From a virus (taxonomy: Duplodnaviria; Caudoviricetes): a stretch of DNA of 31,627 bases. How positions within the stretch are numbered: position 1 is the first letter of the stretch; each line of letters begins with the position of its first letter. A program made the translations under genes and the position numbers. The stretch spans positions 1-31,627 of IMG/VR virus record IMGVR_UViG_3300031260_000082; one strand, 5' to 3'. Below the pieces are notes generated by a model. It saw nothing but the letters and a program-made list of their open reading frames with translations. It was not told the origin of the DNA and made no database searches. Shown piece after piece: positions 7,440 to 17,400 of this stretch.

Positions 7440-9901
7440 TGCGCATGACTTACGTCTCACCTGAAGGTATGAGGGATGAATGCACTTGGGCGATTGTCGG
7501 AGAACAGCCAGGTAAAACCGAAGTAATGTCGGGTCGGCCGTTCTCCGGCCCTGCTGGAACGGAACTAACCGCCTGCATTTCCGCAGCCCAGCTTTCACGA
7601 AACGACGCTTACATCACGAATGTCATAAAAGACTACGATTCTAGCATCAATCAATACATTGAATTCACTCGAAGCGCGCCTGTCGTTTCGGACGCTGGAA
7701 AGAAGTATCTACAAGAACTTGAAGAAGAACTTCTTTCTCTTGGTCCGAAATGTAAGTGCATTGTCGCATGCGGTAATGTCGCGTTGTGGGCGCTAACTGG
7801 ACGAACGGGCATTACTAAATGGAGAGGGTCAGTTTTAAAAAGTGAAATCCCAGGACTAAACATTCCGATTGTTCCTATAATCCATCCTGCAACAATCCTT
7901 CCGCCGAAGTGCCAATACTTGAACAAGCATCTTATCATTTTCGACTTGCGAAAAGTCAAGAAAATTATCGAAGGCAATTACTTTCCGCTTGAACGTGAAA
8001 TAGTCATCACCCCGACATTTGAGGAAGTAAAATCCTTTCTTGAAAGCATTCGTTCGAAAAGCGGCCAGCCGGATTTTCGTGTAGCCTTTGACATTGAAGT
8101 ATACAACGAACAGGTCTCTTGTATTTCTTTTGCTACATCCAAAACTTTCTCTTTATGTATACCGTTTGTTAGTCATAAAGGAGACTACTTCTCGCCTGAA
8201 CAAGAAACGACCATTTGGAGCCTCATCGCAGAAATCTTAGAAGATGAGCGTATCCAAAAACTCGGTCAGAACGTATCATTTGACGCGCACTTTCTTTTGC
8301 GTCGTTATGGTATTCTAACTAAAAACCTTGACGATACGATGATTGCTCAGCAGATTCTCATGGGTGATTATCCAAAAGGTTTAGACTTCATAACTTCCAT
8401 TTGGACAGACCTTCCATACTACAAAGATGAGGGAAAGAAATGGTTCAAACTTGGCGGGGCCTGGGAGCAGTTGTGGAACTATAACGCTCTTGATTCGCTT
8501 GCTTGTTTTGAAGCTTTTGAGAAGCAGCTAGAACAACTTTCCTTGAAGAAGAATACCTCTACCTATGAGCGCCAACGGTTATTGATTGAACCGTTGATTT
8601 ACATGCAAGAAAGAGGTATTCTTGTTGACGTTGAGGGAATGAAAAACAAAGCGGCAGAACTTGAAGCCGAAGCTCTACAGCTCGAGGAAGAATTGAACAA
8701 ACTCGCCGGACAGCCGTTAAACGCAAACTCTCCAAAACAACTAAAAGACTACTTTTACATCAAAAAAGGTTTCAAGCCTTACGTCTCCAAAAGCGGAGGC
8801 CTTTCAGTTGATAAACTGGCGCTAAAACGCCTGGCCCGAAAGGGCTGTGACGAAGCGCGCATCATTTTGGAAATCCGAAAACGGCGGAAGTTAATCTCTA
8901 CTTACTTGGACCTCACGAAGGTTGATAGCGACTCAAGAATGCGTTGTTCTTACAACCCTGTAGGAACGCGCTTCTCTAGGCTGTCTTCCTCGACTTCCAT
9001 TTTCGGTACAGGAATGAACATGCAAAACGTCCCGCACGAGATTTTGCAGTACTTCCTTCCTGACCCGGGGTTTGTTTATTATGCCTTTGACCTCTCACAG
9101 GCAGAGAATAGAATCGTCGCCTATGTTGGAAACATTCCTGAAATGATTGACGCGTTCGAAACTGGAAAGGACGTTCACAAACTGACCGCAGCACTTATCT
9201 TCAAGAAGCCTTATGATGAAGTTTCCGACGAACCAGGTTCTTCTCCATTCAACGACGGAAAATCCGAACGTGATTGGGGCAAACGAGCTAACCACGGATT
9301 GAACTACGACCTTGGCTATAGGTCGTTTGCACTTTACTACGAAATGCCCGAAAGCGATGCCAAGTTCATCGTTGAAGCCTACCACAAAGCCTACCCGGGG
9401 GTTCGTCAAAACTACCACGCTTACGTCAAGCAGTGCTTGCGAGAAAATAGGACGATTACTAACCTCATGGGTCGTAAAACAACCTTTCTTGACGCATGGG
9501 GTGATTCGCTTTTCAAAGAAGCCTATTCATGTATCCCACAAGGAACAACTGGTGATATTATAAACGAACGCGGGCTGAATTACATTTACTATAACCAGCG
9601 CCAATTCCGCCCACTTGAATTGCTGGTGCAAGTCCATGATTCAATTGGCTTCCAAATCCCGCTGGCTGTGCCATGGCTGGAGCATGCCCGCATGCTGCAC
9701 CAAATCAAAGCCAGCTTGGAAACCCCGCTGCAAACCCATTATGGCCGCACATTTTCAATCCCCGCCGACCTTTCCATGGGCTTGACCATGAACAAGCGGA
9801 CGGGCAAAGAAATCAAGCACAAGCATTGGCCAGCATCCATTGAAGAACTCGCCAAGCTGCTGGAAGAAAACTACCAATCCCTTGTAGCGGAGAATAACTA
9901 A
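7439..9901 (+). CDS. Family A DNA polymerase with N-terminal uracil-DNA glycosylase-like domain and 3'-5' exonuclease
   Basis: UDG family-4-like VGEQPG..E...GRPFSGPAG, YITNVIK, HPATIL; Exo I AFDIE, Exo II GQNVSFD, Exo III YNALD; polymerase RLSSS, motif A DLSQAENR, motif B KRANHGLNY, motif C QVHDS. Confidence 0.93.
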   Translation: MRMTYVSPEGMRDECTWAIVGEQPGKTEVMSGRPFSGPAGTELTACISAAQLSRNDAYITNVIKDYDSSINQYIEFTRSAPVVSDAGKKYLQELEEELLSLGPKCKCIVACGNVALWALTGRTGITKWRGSVLKSEIPGLNIPIVPIIHPATILPPKCQYLNKHLIIFDLRKVKKIIEGNYFPLEREIVITPTFEEVKSFLESIRSKSGQPDFRVAFDIEVYNEQVSCISFATSKTFSLCIPFVSHKGDYFSPEQETTIWSLIAEILEDERIQKLGQNVSFDAHFLLRRYGILTKNLDDTMIAQQILMGDYPKGLDFITSIWTDLPYYKDEGKKWFKLGGAWEQLWNYNALDSLACFEAFEKQLEQLSLKKNTSTYERQRLLIEPLIYMQERGILVDVEGMKNKAAELEAEALQLEEELNKLAGQPLNANSPKQLKDYFYIKKGFKPYVSKSGGLSVDKLALKRLARKGCDEARIILEIRKRRKLISTYLDLTKVDSDSRMRCSYNPVGTRFSRLSSSTSIFGTGMNMQNVPHEILQYFLPDPGFVYYAFDLSQAENRIVAYVGNIPEMIDAFETGKDVHKLTAALIFKKPYDEVSDEPGSSPFNDGKSERDWGKRANHGLNYDLGYRSFALYYEMPESDAKFIVEAYHKAYPGVRQNYHAYVKQCLRENRTITNLMGRKTTFLDAWGDSLFKEAYSCIPQGTTGDIINERGLNYIYYNQRQFRPLELLVQVHDSIGFQIPLAVPWLEHARMLHQIKASLETPLQTHYGRTFSIPADLSMGLTMNKRTGKEIKHKHWPASIEELAKLLEENYQSLVAENN

Positions 9902-11085
9902 TGGCAAAACGAAAACTAAGCGATTGGCTTGATGAGTACGTAAAATATTGCTGTGAAATAAGTGAGCCGCCGTTAAGTTTTCATCGCTGGTGTGGGATTT
10001 CTCTGATTGCAGCGGCTCTTCAAAGAAAAGTATTTCTTCAGTGGGGACCGTTAGTTTTTTATCCCAACATGTACATCGTTTTGGTTGCCCCTTCTGGCCG
10101 TGCCCGGAAGGGGACAGCCGTAAGTTTTTACCTGGACTTTGCAGAATCTCTTCAAATCCCCCTGGCAGCCGAAGCTACTACACGCGAAGCTCTAATCCAA
10201 GCCCTCAACAAAACCCGCAGGAGTGACCCCACACCATCTGGCGACCTGGACACCCACAGCTCATTAACAATCATTTCTCCCGAGCTTACCGTTTTTCTCG
10301 GCTACAACAACCATCAGTTGATGTCAGACCTGACTGACTGGTACGATTGTCGCAACAAGTGGACATACAGAACTAAAACCTCTTCCACTGACGAAATCTG
10401 GGGCGTTTGGGTGAACTTGTTTGGAGCCACGACCCCAGAATTGATTCGCTCAACGCTGCCGCTTGACGCCATTGGCGGCGGGTTGACTTCCCGCATCATT
10501 TTCATTTACGAGGAAAACAAAGGCCGCTTGTGTCCAGCGCCGTTTATTTCTGAAGAAACGGCAAAGAAAAAGCGAGAATTGCTCCACGACCTTGAACAAA
10601 TCCACTCAATGAGAGGACCTTTTAGAGTAACAAAAGACTTTCTGACCAATTGGGTAGAGTGGTATACTACCGACGCTCAAAAATATCCTTTTACCGACCC
10701 TCGATTTGGAGGATATGCAGAGCGCCGACCAAACCATGTGATGAAACTTTCAATCATCATTTCTGCGAGTCGACGAAGCACAATGGAAATAACTGGTGAT
10801 GACTTCAAGACAGCGCTACAATACCTAACCGAAGCCGAAAGAAAAATGCCAAACGTTTTTGCAGGAATGGGCCGTCTGGATGATGCCGACGTTGTGCAGT
10901 CGATTCTCCATGAAATAACTGCCCATGGGACAATGGAATACTCTGAGCTTATGGCTAAGTTCTACTGTGACGCAGATGATAACAGAATGCAGCACATACT
11001 ACAGACCCTTCGAGCAGGCGGTTTTGTTTCTCTCGTACGCGACGCGAGTGGAAATGTTTATGTGAAATCTTTGGTGAAAAAATAA
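9901..11085 (+). CDS. DUF3987/YfjI-like P-loop NTPase (putative helicase)
   Basis: SEPP..FH.W, YPNMYIVLVAPSGRARKGTA (variant Walker A), GATTP, GGLTSRIIF; translationally coupled to the polymerase gene. Confidence 0.65.
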   Translation: MAKRKLSDWLDEYVKYCCEISEPPLSFHRWCGISLIAAALQRKVFLQWGPLVFYPNMYIVLVAPSGRARKGTAVSFYLDFAESLQIPLAAEATTREALIQALNKTRRSDPTPSGDLDTHSSLTIISPELTVFLGYNNHQLMSDLTDWYDCRNKWTYRTKTSSTDEIWGVWVNLFGATTPELIRSTLPLDAIGGGLTSRIIFIYEENKGRLCPAPFISEETAKKKRELLHDLEQIHSMRGPFRVTKDFLTNWVEWYTTDAQKYPFTDPRFGGYAERRPNHVMKLSIIISASRRSTMEITGDDFKTALQYLTEAERKMPNVFAGMGRLDDADVVQSILHEITAHGTMEYSELMAKFYCDADDNRMQHILQTLRAGGFVSLVRDASGNVYVKSLVKK

Positions 11086-11091
11086 CCATAG
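11069..11091. promoter_or_regulatory. 23-bp palindromic repeat, copy 3 (CTTTGGTGAAAAAATAACCATAG)
   Basis: Contains the TAA stop at 11083-11085; runs into the AGGAG SD of the 11103 gene. Confidence 0.7.
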
Positions 11092-11102
11092 GAGAACATC
11101 AA

Positions 11103-11456
11103 ATGTCTTTAGAGCTTCTTACTGACACTCTTCATACGCTTTTGTGCGACTTGCCGCACGAAGGTGACATGATGGAAGTTCTAAAAGGCCGAAAAGAGGG
11201 AGTTTGTTACTACTACCTTGAATCCTCCCTCTCGTCGGACTTTTCTCACGATGACCACGCATACTGGAACGACCAAGCCAAGCAGTTACTATCACTGCTT
11301 GGCGTTAGTCAGCCTGCCGAAGCTTTGCGAAGCGTTTATAAGGTCCTCGACCTCATCGAAAAACTTAATGCGTTTTCTCCAGGCGAGAAAGAGCTTTTCG
11401 AGCTTTTTCGGCGACCTTCTGAAGACGAGCAAGTTCTTGATAATGAGCTTGAGTAA
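11103..11456 (+). CDS. Hypothetical acidic protein (117 aa)
   Basis: AGGAG SD; last gene of the + arm; its 3' end overlaps the convergent giant gene. Confidence 0.6.
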   Translation: MSLELLTDTLHTLLCDLPHEGDMMEVLKGRKEGVCYYYLESSLSSDFSHDDHAYWNDQAKQLLSLLGVSQPAEALRSVYKVLDLIEKLNAFSPGEKELFELFRRPSEDEQVLDNELE

Positions 11457-14400
11457 CCGTCTGCATCCTCTCGGCTTCTTTCTGGAGTTCTTCAGAAGAA
11501 ATTCTGGCATCTTGCGCACGACGCTTGAAAACGTTCTTCGATTGTTTGATGCCATACTTTATTTTATCTATGCGACGGGCCATCTCCTCACCAAAATACA
11601 GCCTGTTGTTCTTTATACCAGTAACAAACCTAAAAAGCTCATCCCCCATTGTCATTGGCGTTCCGTAGTAATCCACGCCTGTAAATCCAAGCCTATTCCC
11701 AGTTTCTTTTGAGATTACACCGGAACCTACAAGCGCCTGTCCAAGGCGTTCATAACTATAAGCCCCGCTGTAAATTGGAAGGTTAGGCAAAAGATTCCTC
11801 ATAATAAACTTCAAGCGGGCTTTAGCGTTTTCTGCTTCCAGTTCTGGTGGCAGCTTCTCTCCAAATGCTCCTGCGGCTTTCTTGTCAAACGGAGCAATCG
11901 TCTCATCGAGAACTGCATCCTTATTTGCAGACAACCCATATAGAATGCTGACTATCGGGTTGATTCCGAAAGGGAATCCTCCTAAAATCCCTCCGTCATT
12001 CAAGAACGTACCGCCAGGAAAGATTTGTGAAAAATCCAGGTAGTTTACATAACTAACCCCTCGTTCGTTTTTCTCCACTTTTGTTGGAATTGCTCCAACC
12101 ACACCTGTCCCATAAAGCGTGCGCTTCATCCAGCTTGGAGCCATTTCTTGTAAAAACTTTTTAGCTTCCTTCCAATCTTCCCCGAAGGTTTCTGCAAGCA
12201 TGATGTTATGGAAGGATTCTGCAAGAAACAATAACGCCATCAGACGGTGCGGGTTCTCTTTGGCAAACGAAATCATTTGCGGGATTAGTTTATATGTATA
12301 CGAAACAAACGGAATAATCCCAGAATCTCGCAAGAACTTAATCCCTTTCGGTACATCGCGATAGTCAAAGAATAACCTATTCGCTGCTTCCATAGCGTCG
12401 GCCGTTGAAGCTCCAGCCATACGTTCTTGGATAAAAACTCCAACTTTGAACAACTGGTCCCCGAACTCATATGCTTTGATTGGAGCAGCCAGAGCTTTCT
12501 TAGTCCCTCTTCCAATCATTCTAAACCATTCCGCCATATTCTTGACGAAACCATCCGTATGATGTTTCGTCTGGGTTTTCTCTACGCTCTTCAACCAATT
12601 GACCAAATCCACTTCGGCAGACAACACGTTGGAATCCAACAAACCTTCATCAACGGCTTCTCTGTAGTACTTACCTTTACTAAGCACTTCCTTCACGCCG
12701 TTTTTGATAACTGCCAAGGGATTTCTTCCATCAAGCACGCACATGATGTTGTTGCCCAAGAAGTTAATTCCATGCGTAGTGACCTGATAAGCAGTTTTTC
12801 CAATCTTCCACAGCCCTATTGCATTCTTGTATGATTTGATGGCTGTGTGCAGGACTGGATTAAAAACTGGCCCGCTCGTAACGACCTTCAAAGCATACAT
12901 AACTTCTGGATGTACGAAGTGACCTGAAAGTTTTCCAAAACGCTTGATGCCGAGCGAAGTAGTTGTCTCAGGAACTTTTTCCCAGCCTTTAGTCAACAAC
13001 TGATGCACATATTCATTGTACTGGATTTCATCAATAATCCCTGCTTTTAGCATCGAATCCAAATCAAGCGCCAAGGATGGATTAGAACCAATCTTTTCAA
13101 ACAGCTGCGCCCGTGCGATGAACTTACTGACATTCTTGCTAAACTCCACCAAGCGAGGCACAATTGAAGTCTCTGCCTTCAGAGCTCGTTTCTCGAACTC
13201 TGTATATGGACGTTGGACAACCAACTTCATTTTGTCCGGGTCGTACTCTAAAACCTTCCACACAAACCCTGCGTGTTTATTCAAATCCGTTTTAGCTGTA
13301 ACGGGTGCAATCCCCAGACCAACCAATTCAGGGTCGTAAATAAACTTAGCCCCAGGTTCAAGTGGAATCCCCTCTGCATCAAACGCAGCGATGAGAGCAG
13401 AAGTTTTATAGTCACTATTCTTCCACTTTTCTACAAACCCTTGTGGGATGAGGAAATCCGTAAAAAGCTGTTGGTATTTAGTGATTTGTGCATACTTTTC
13501 TAGCCCACCAGAGAACATGGCTTTGAGTTCTTTCTCGAACGCCAAAGGAATAATCTCCATCCCACGGCTTTCCAACAGTTCTTTTGGAATACCTGCATTC
13601 ACTAGCAGTTGATTAGTTTCTTCTACTAACTGCTGGATGAGCTTGTATGCAGCCTTACCTTCAGGACTCAACTGCTTTACGCTAAACCCAGGTTCATCTG
13701 AAATTATACTTCCAATGAGCCTCTGCTCTTCAATTGGAAGGGTTTCATTCAACTTACTCGCTAGCTTAGCAAAGTTACGCTTAACCCTATTCTCTGTTTT
13801 GAAGCGTTCAAGCGTTAACTTGTAAACATCCTCCGAAAGACCGCTTTTAGGCAAAAACGCTCTTACCGCTTCATTTTTGACGAGCTTCCTCCATTTGTTC
13901 TCGAGCATCAGTTGGGTGTCCAAATCTAGCTTTTGCCACCGCTTTATTGCTGCATTTTTTGCGGCGTACCTCAACGTCGGCCCGAACATATCGTAGGCAC
14001 TCAACAAAGGCCCACCCCGCATTGCCCATGTTTTTGGATTCCAATTAACCCTAACGTTTGTGAACGGAACGGGAATTCCGTGCTGGTCATCCACATCAAA
14101 CCCCAACAGGAAGCTAACAAACTGCGGCATCCATCTCCAGCGAGCAATAACATTTGACGGGTTTGGAGCTGGTGTTGCATACTGATGATAATCCTTCGAA
14201 TGCGCAAGCTCGTCAGAGTATTCCACCATCTCTTGTTTGGCTTGCTTAGAAAGCACCTGCATCCAATCAAAAACTATCCCATCTCGCGTGACGCCTGCTC
14301 CGCTTCCACCCAAAACGGTATTTCGTGTCAGAAGAAACAAATCCTTGACGTGCTCGTAGTTCGTTTTGTAAAACTTATAGATATCCTCTACTTGTTTCTT

Positions 14401-17400
14401 CGTGACCGCAAAATCCGAGTTGTGGGCATACTCCAATATTTTCTTTATGGTTTCCGCTTGACCTTCTGGAGTGAAGTGATTCCCAAGAGCAATTATTTTT
14501 TGTCCTACAAATGCCGCCTCTTCAGGTGTTCTTCTGCCGTGAATAAAGAACAACACATCAGTATAAACATCCGCAAATGCGCGCTCCAGGAAGTTCTCAC
14601 TGCTATCATTTACCTTTTCTTGTAAATACGACAACAAGCGGTCGTTTATAGGCCCTATTACGCCTTCATCACCGACGAACTCCTTGAGTGTGTTTGCAAA
14701 CTCATCGGCATTCACGTAAAGAGGGCTTTCTTTCAATATGTCAAGAAGGTCATCTGCTACGTCTTGAGTAATTGCAGCACTTCTCGGAGCCAGAAACGCG
14801 CGGTCAAAAAACTCATGGAGGTGCTCTGGGATTTCCTTACGCAAAGCATCCAACAAAACTCCAGCATGTTTTAGGCCTTCTTGAATAACTTCTTGGGCTT
14901 CCTTTTCAGGCAATTGATAGGTTAAAACATACTGTCTAAAAAGGTCTGCATAAAGCTCTGTCAAAGAACCCACTTGACGAAGCTGTTCTCTTAATTTATC
15001 CTGACCCCTCTTGTTGAGTTTTGCGTAGTTTTGTAAAAACATCCTACGCACTTCCCACAAAGAACTCCAGGCTTCTTTAGTTTTATACTTTGAATGGATG
15101 GTTTCGAAAAACTTCATTCTATGGCTTGCGTCAAGAACATTCCACCAAACCCAATGGCCTACTTCGTGGAACAACTGTAGCGGGTCCGAAATACCAATGG
15201 CGTTTTGGATGAAGTCATAAAAACTTGACGCGTTTTGTATTGCTCGAATAGTTGCATGATTATTCTGCGGGAGGGAGTCAAAAACTCTACGAATAACCTC
15301 TGCAGATTGTTCTGTTAGAAGTTTTGCTCTGACAAGGTTAGTAATCCCTGCCTGAAAGTTTTCAACACCCTTCACCGGAAGCGTTCCTTCAAGAGAGCTC
15401 TCCAAAACTTCGATGGCCTTGAGTGTTTGCTTAATCCCGGCTTCAGTCAGTGGGCGGTAATCATCAGGGTTAGCAAAATTATATGCAGCCGCAAGAAGTT
15501 TTTTCACCTCATGAGGTTCGGCTCTAAAAGCCTTGACTGTCGTACCATTTATTGCGTTGTATAGTTTAACAACTTCAGAATGGTTCTTGGAGTTGAATGC
15601 TATTGTTTTACTGCGCTTTTCTTTTGGAGCCTGCTTCTCAGCGGTAATTTTCTTTTTTGGTTCTTCTTTGACTGGAAGGTCAACCTTAGAAAAATCAAGG
15701 TCTGCCGTTTCCGGTAATCCTTCAAGCACGTCTTCTTTTGGCGCAGTAGGAACTTCCAAAACTTTCTTTTTAGCCACTTGCTCAGCAAAGAAGAGATTCC
15801 TAATTTCTTCAGTAGCATCTTTAGGAAGAATCCCCTGAGCCATAGCTTTAACTGCTTCATAAACACGCTTAGTGTTTTCTGTAGCCTGTCCATACCAACC
15901 TTTTGCTTGGCTGTTCCACAAAACCTTGTGCAACTTCATATACGCTCGTTGAGCACTAGAAGGTTTTGCGTTGTCTGAAAAACGAATGTAATAAAACTGC
16001 CCATCGCCTGTACGCAAGAATTGCGTGGGCTCTGCACCAAATTGAGTAACTAAAATCTTTTCGGGCATATCGACAACTTTGCGCGTGCCCATCGGTCCAA
16101 TCTTAGCTACCTCGTTCTCTTGTGTAGCTTCAGCAAGTTCGTAAACCTTCTTAATTATCTCTCTGCTTTTGGGATTGTTTTCCAGTACCCAAATCTTCCT
16201 CTGGCGGTTGTAATAACCCGCAGACAAAAGAAGGTCCTTTTGCGCTTGCGACGGTCTAGCATCATCCGAAAACCGCACGTGGATTTTTAGATTAGCATCC
16301 ACAACAGCTTCAGGTTTGTTGTGGATTTCAGGGATTTCTTTCTTTTCCGGCTCAAGAATTGTCTTCTGGTCGTCTTGGTGCAGCCTTTCTTCAACCGATT
16401 TTGTAGTGCCTTCATCAACTCCAGGCGCGTCTTCTCCTTCAAGCTTTTGTTCTTCCTGCTCGAGAAGTTTCTGTTCTTTAGATTCAATCGGTTTTTGTTC
16501 TACATCTTCAACCTGCTTTTGTGCATCAGCTTCAAGTTTCGCAAGTGCTTGCTCTTCTTCCTGCTTTAACAGCTCTTCTTCCTCTTCAAGTTGTCTATTC
16601 AACTTGGCTTCAAAAGCCGCGTCCTCGGCAGAAAGATTCTCATACTCTTTTTTCAGCGCAAGAAATTCTTCAAACTCTTCTTCAGACATCTCCGCGACTT
16701 TTTGCATAAGCCCTTCTTCTTGGAGATGCTGCCTGACGAGTTCTTTACCTTCCTCAAAGTCTCGCTCTGGTTTCTGTAATAAATCCTCGACGATTGTTTT
16801 AGTTTTTTCTGTAAACAAAGGGTCATTTACGTCGGCGGCAATCTTGTTAAAAACTCCTGTTTTTTCAAGCGCGACTGTTATCTTTTCTTGTGGAGTTAGA
16901 GCATCCCAAAAACTCTCTGGAATATCCTCAAACCCCTTGACTGCGCGCTCTGCAGCATTCTCAAGAATGTTATGATACGTTGGGTTATTCAAAGCTTTGT
17001 CGAGAAACTGTTCAGGTCCAAAACCACTAGCAAACCCAAGCGTGAAAAACGCAGCAATCTTAGCTGCTTCTTTGGTAGATGGTGACCAATCCTTGTTGTC
17101 TACATAAGGGGAGACGTAACTATCCATAACAGACGTTACTGCCAAATCCCCAATAGAACCCGTGAAAGCCGTTATTCTTCCTGCCGTTTCTGCCAACGCT
17201 GCCTGCATTGGAGTGTACACGGGTTTGGTAAAGAGTGCTTTTGTAAAGGGAGCTTTAGTTACCGCCTGAACACCCGGAGACGTAAAATGCGAGTACGCAA
17301 ACAACGTCCGGCCCATGAAGTAGTTTATCCCCAATCCTGAAACGACTGTTTCGTGTAGGTCCGCCATATCGGCATCCGCGACTAACCGCTTCTGCAACTC

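Noticed and set aside
7439-9901. Polymerase as DpoZ of a 2-aminoadenine genome
   Set aside because: No purZ, datZ or mazZ-like gene is seen in the window; nothing here supports it.
16316-16975. 219-aa Ser-rich ORF on the + strand
   Set aside because: Antisense shadow of the Glu/Lys-rich linker of the giant gene.
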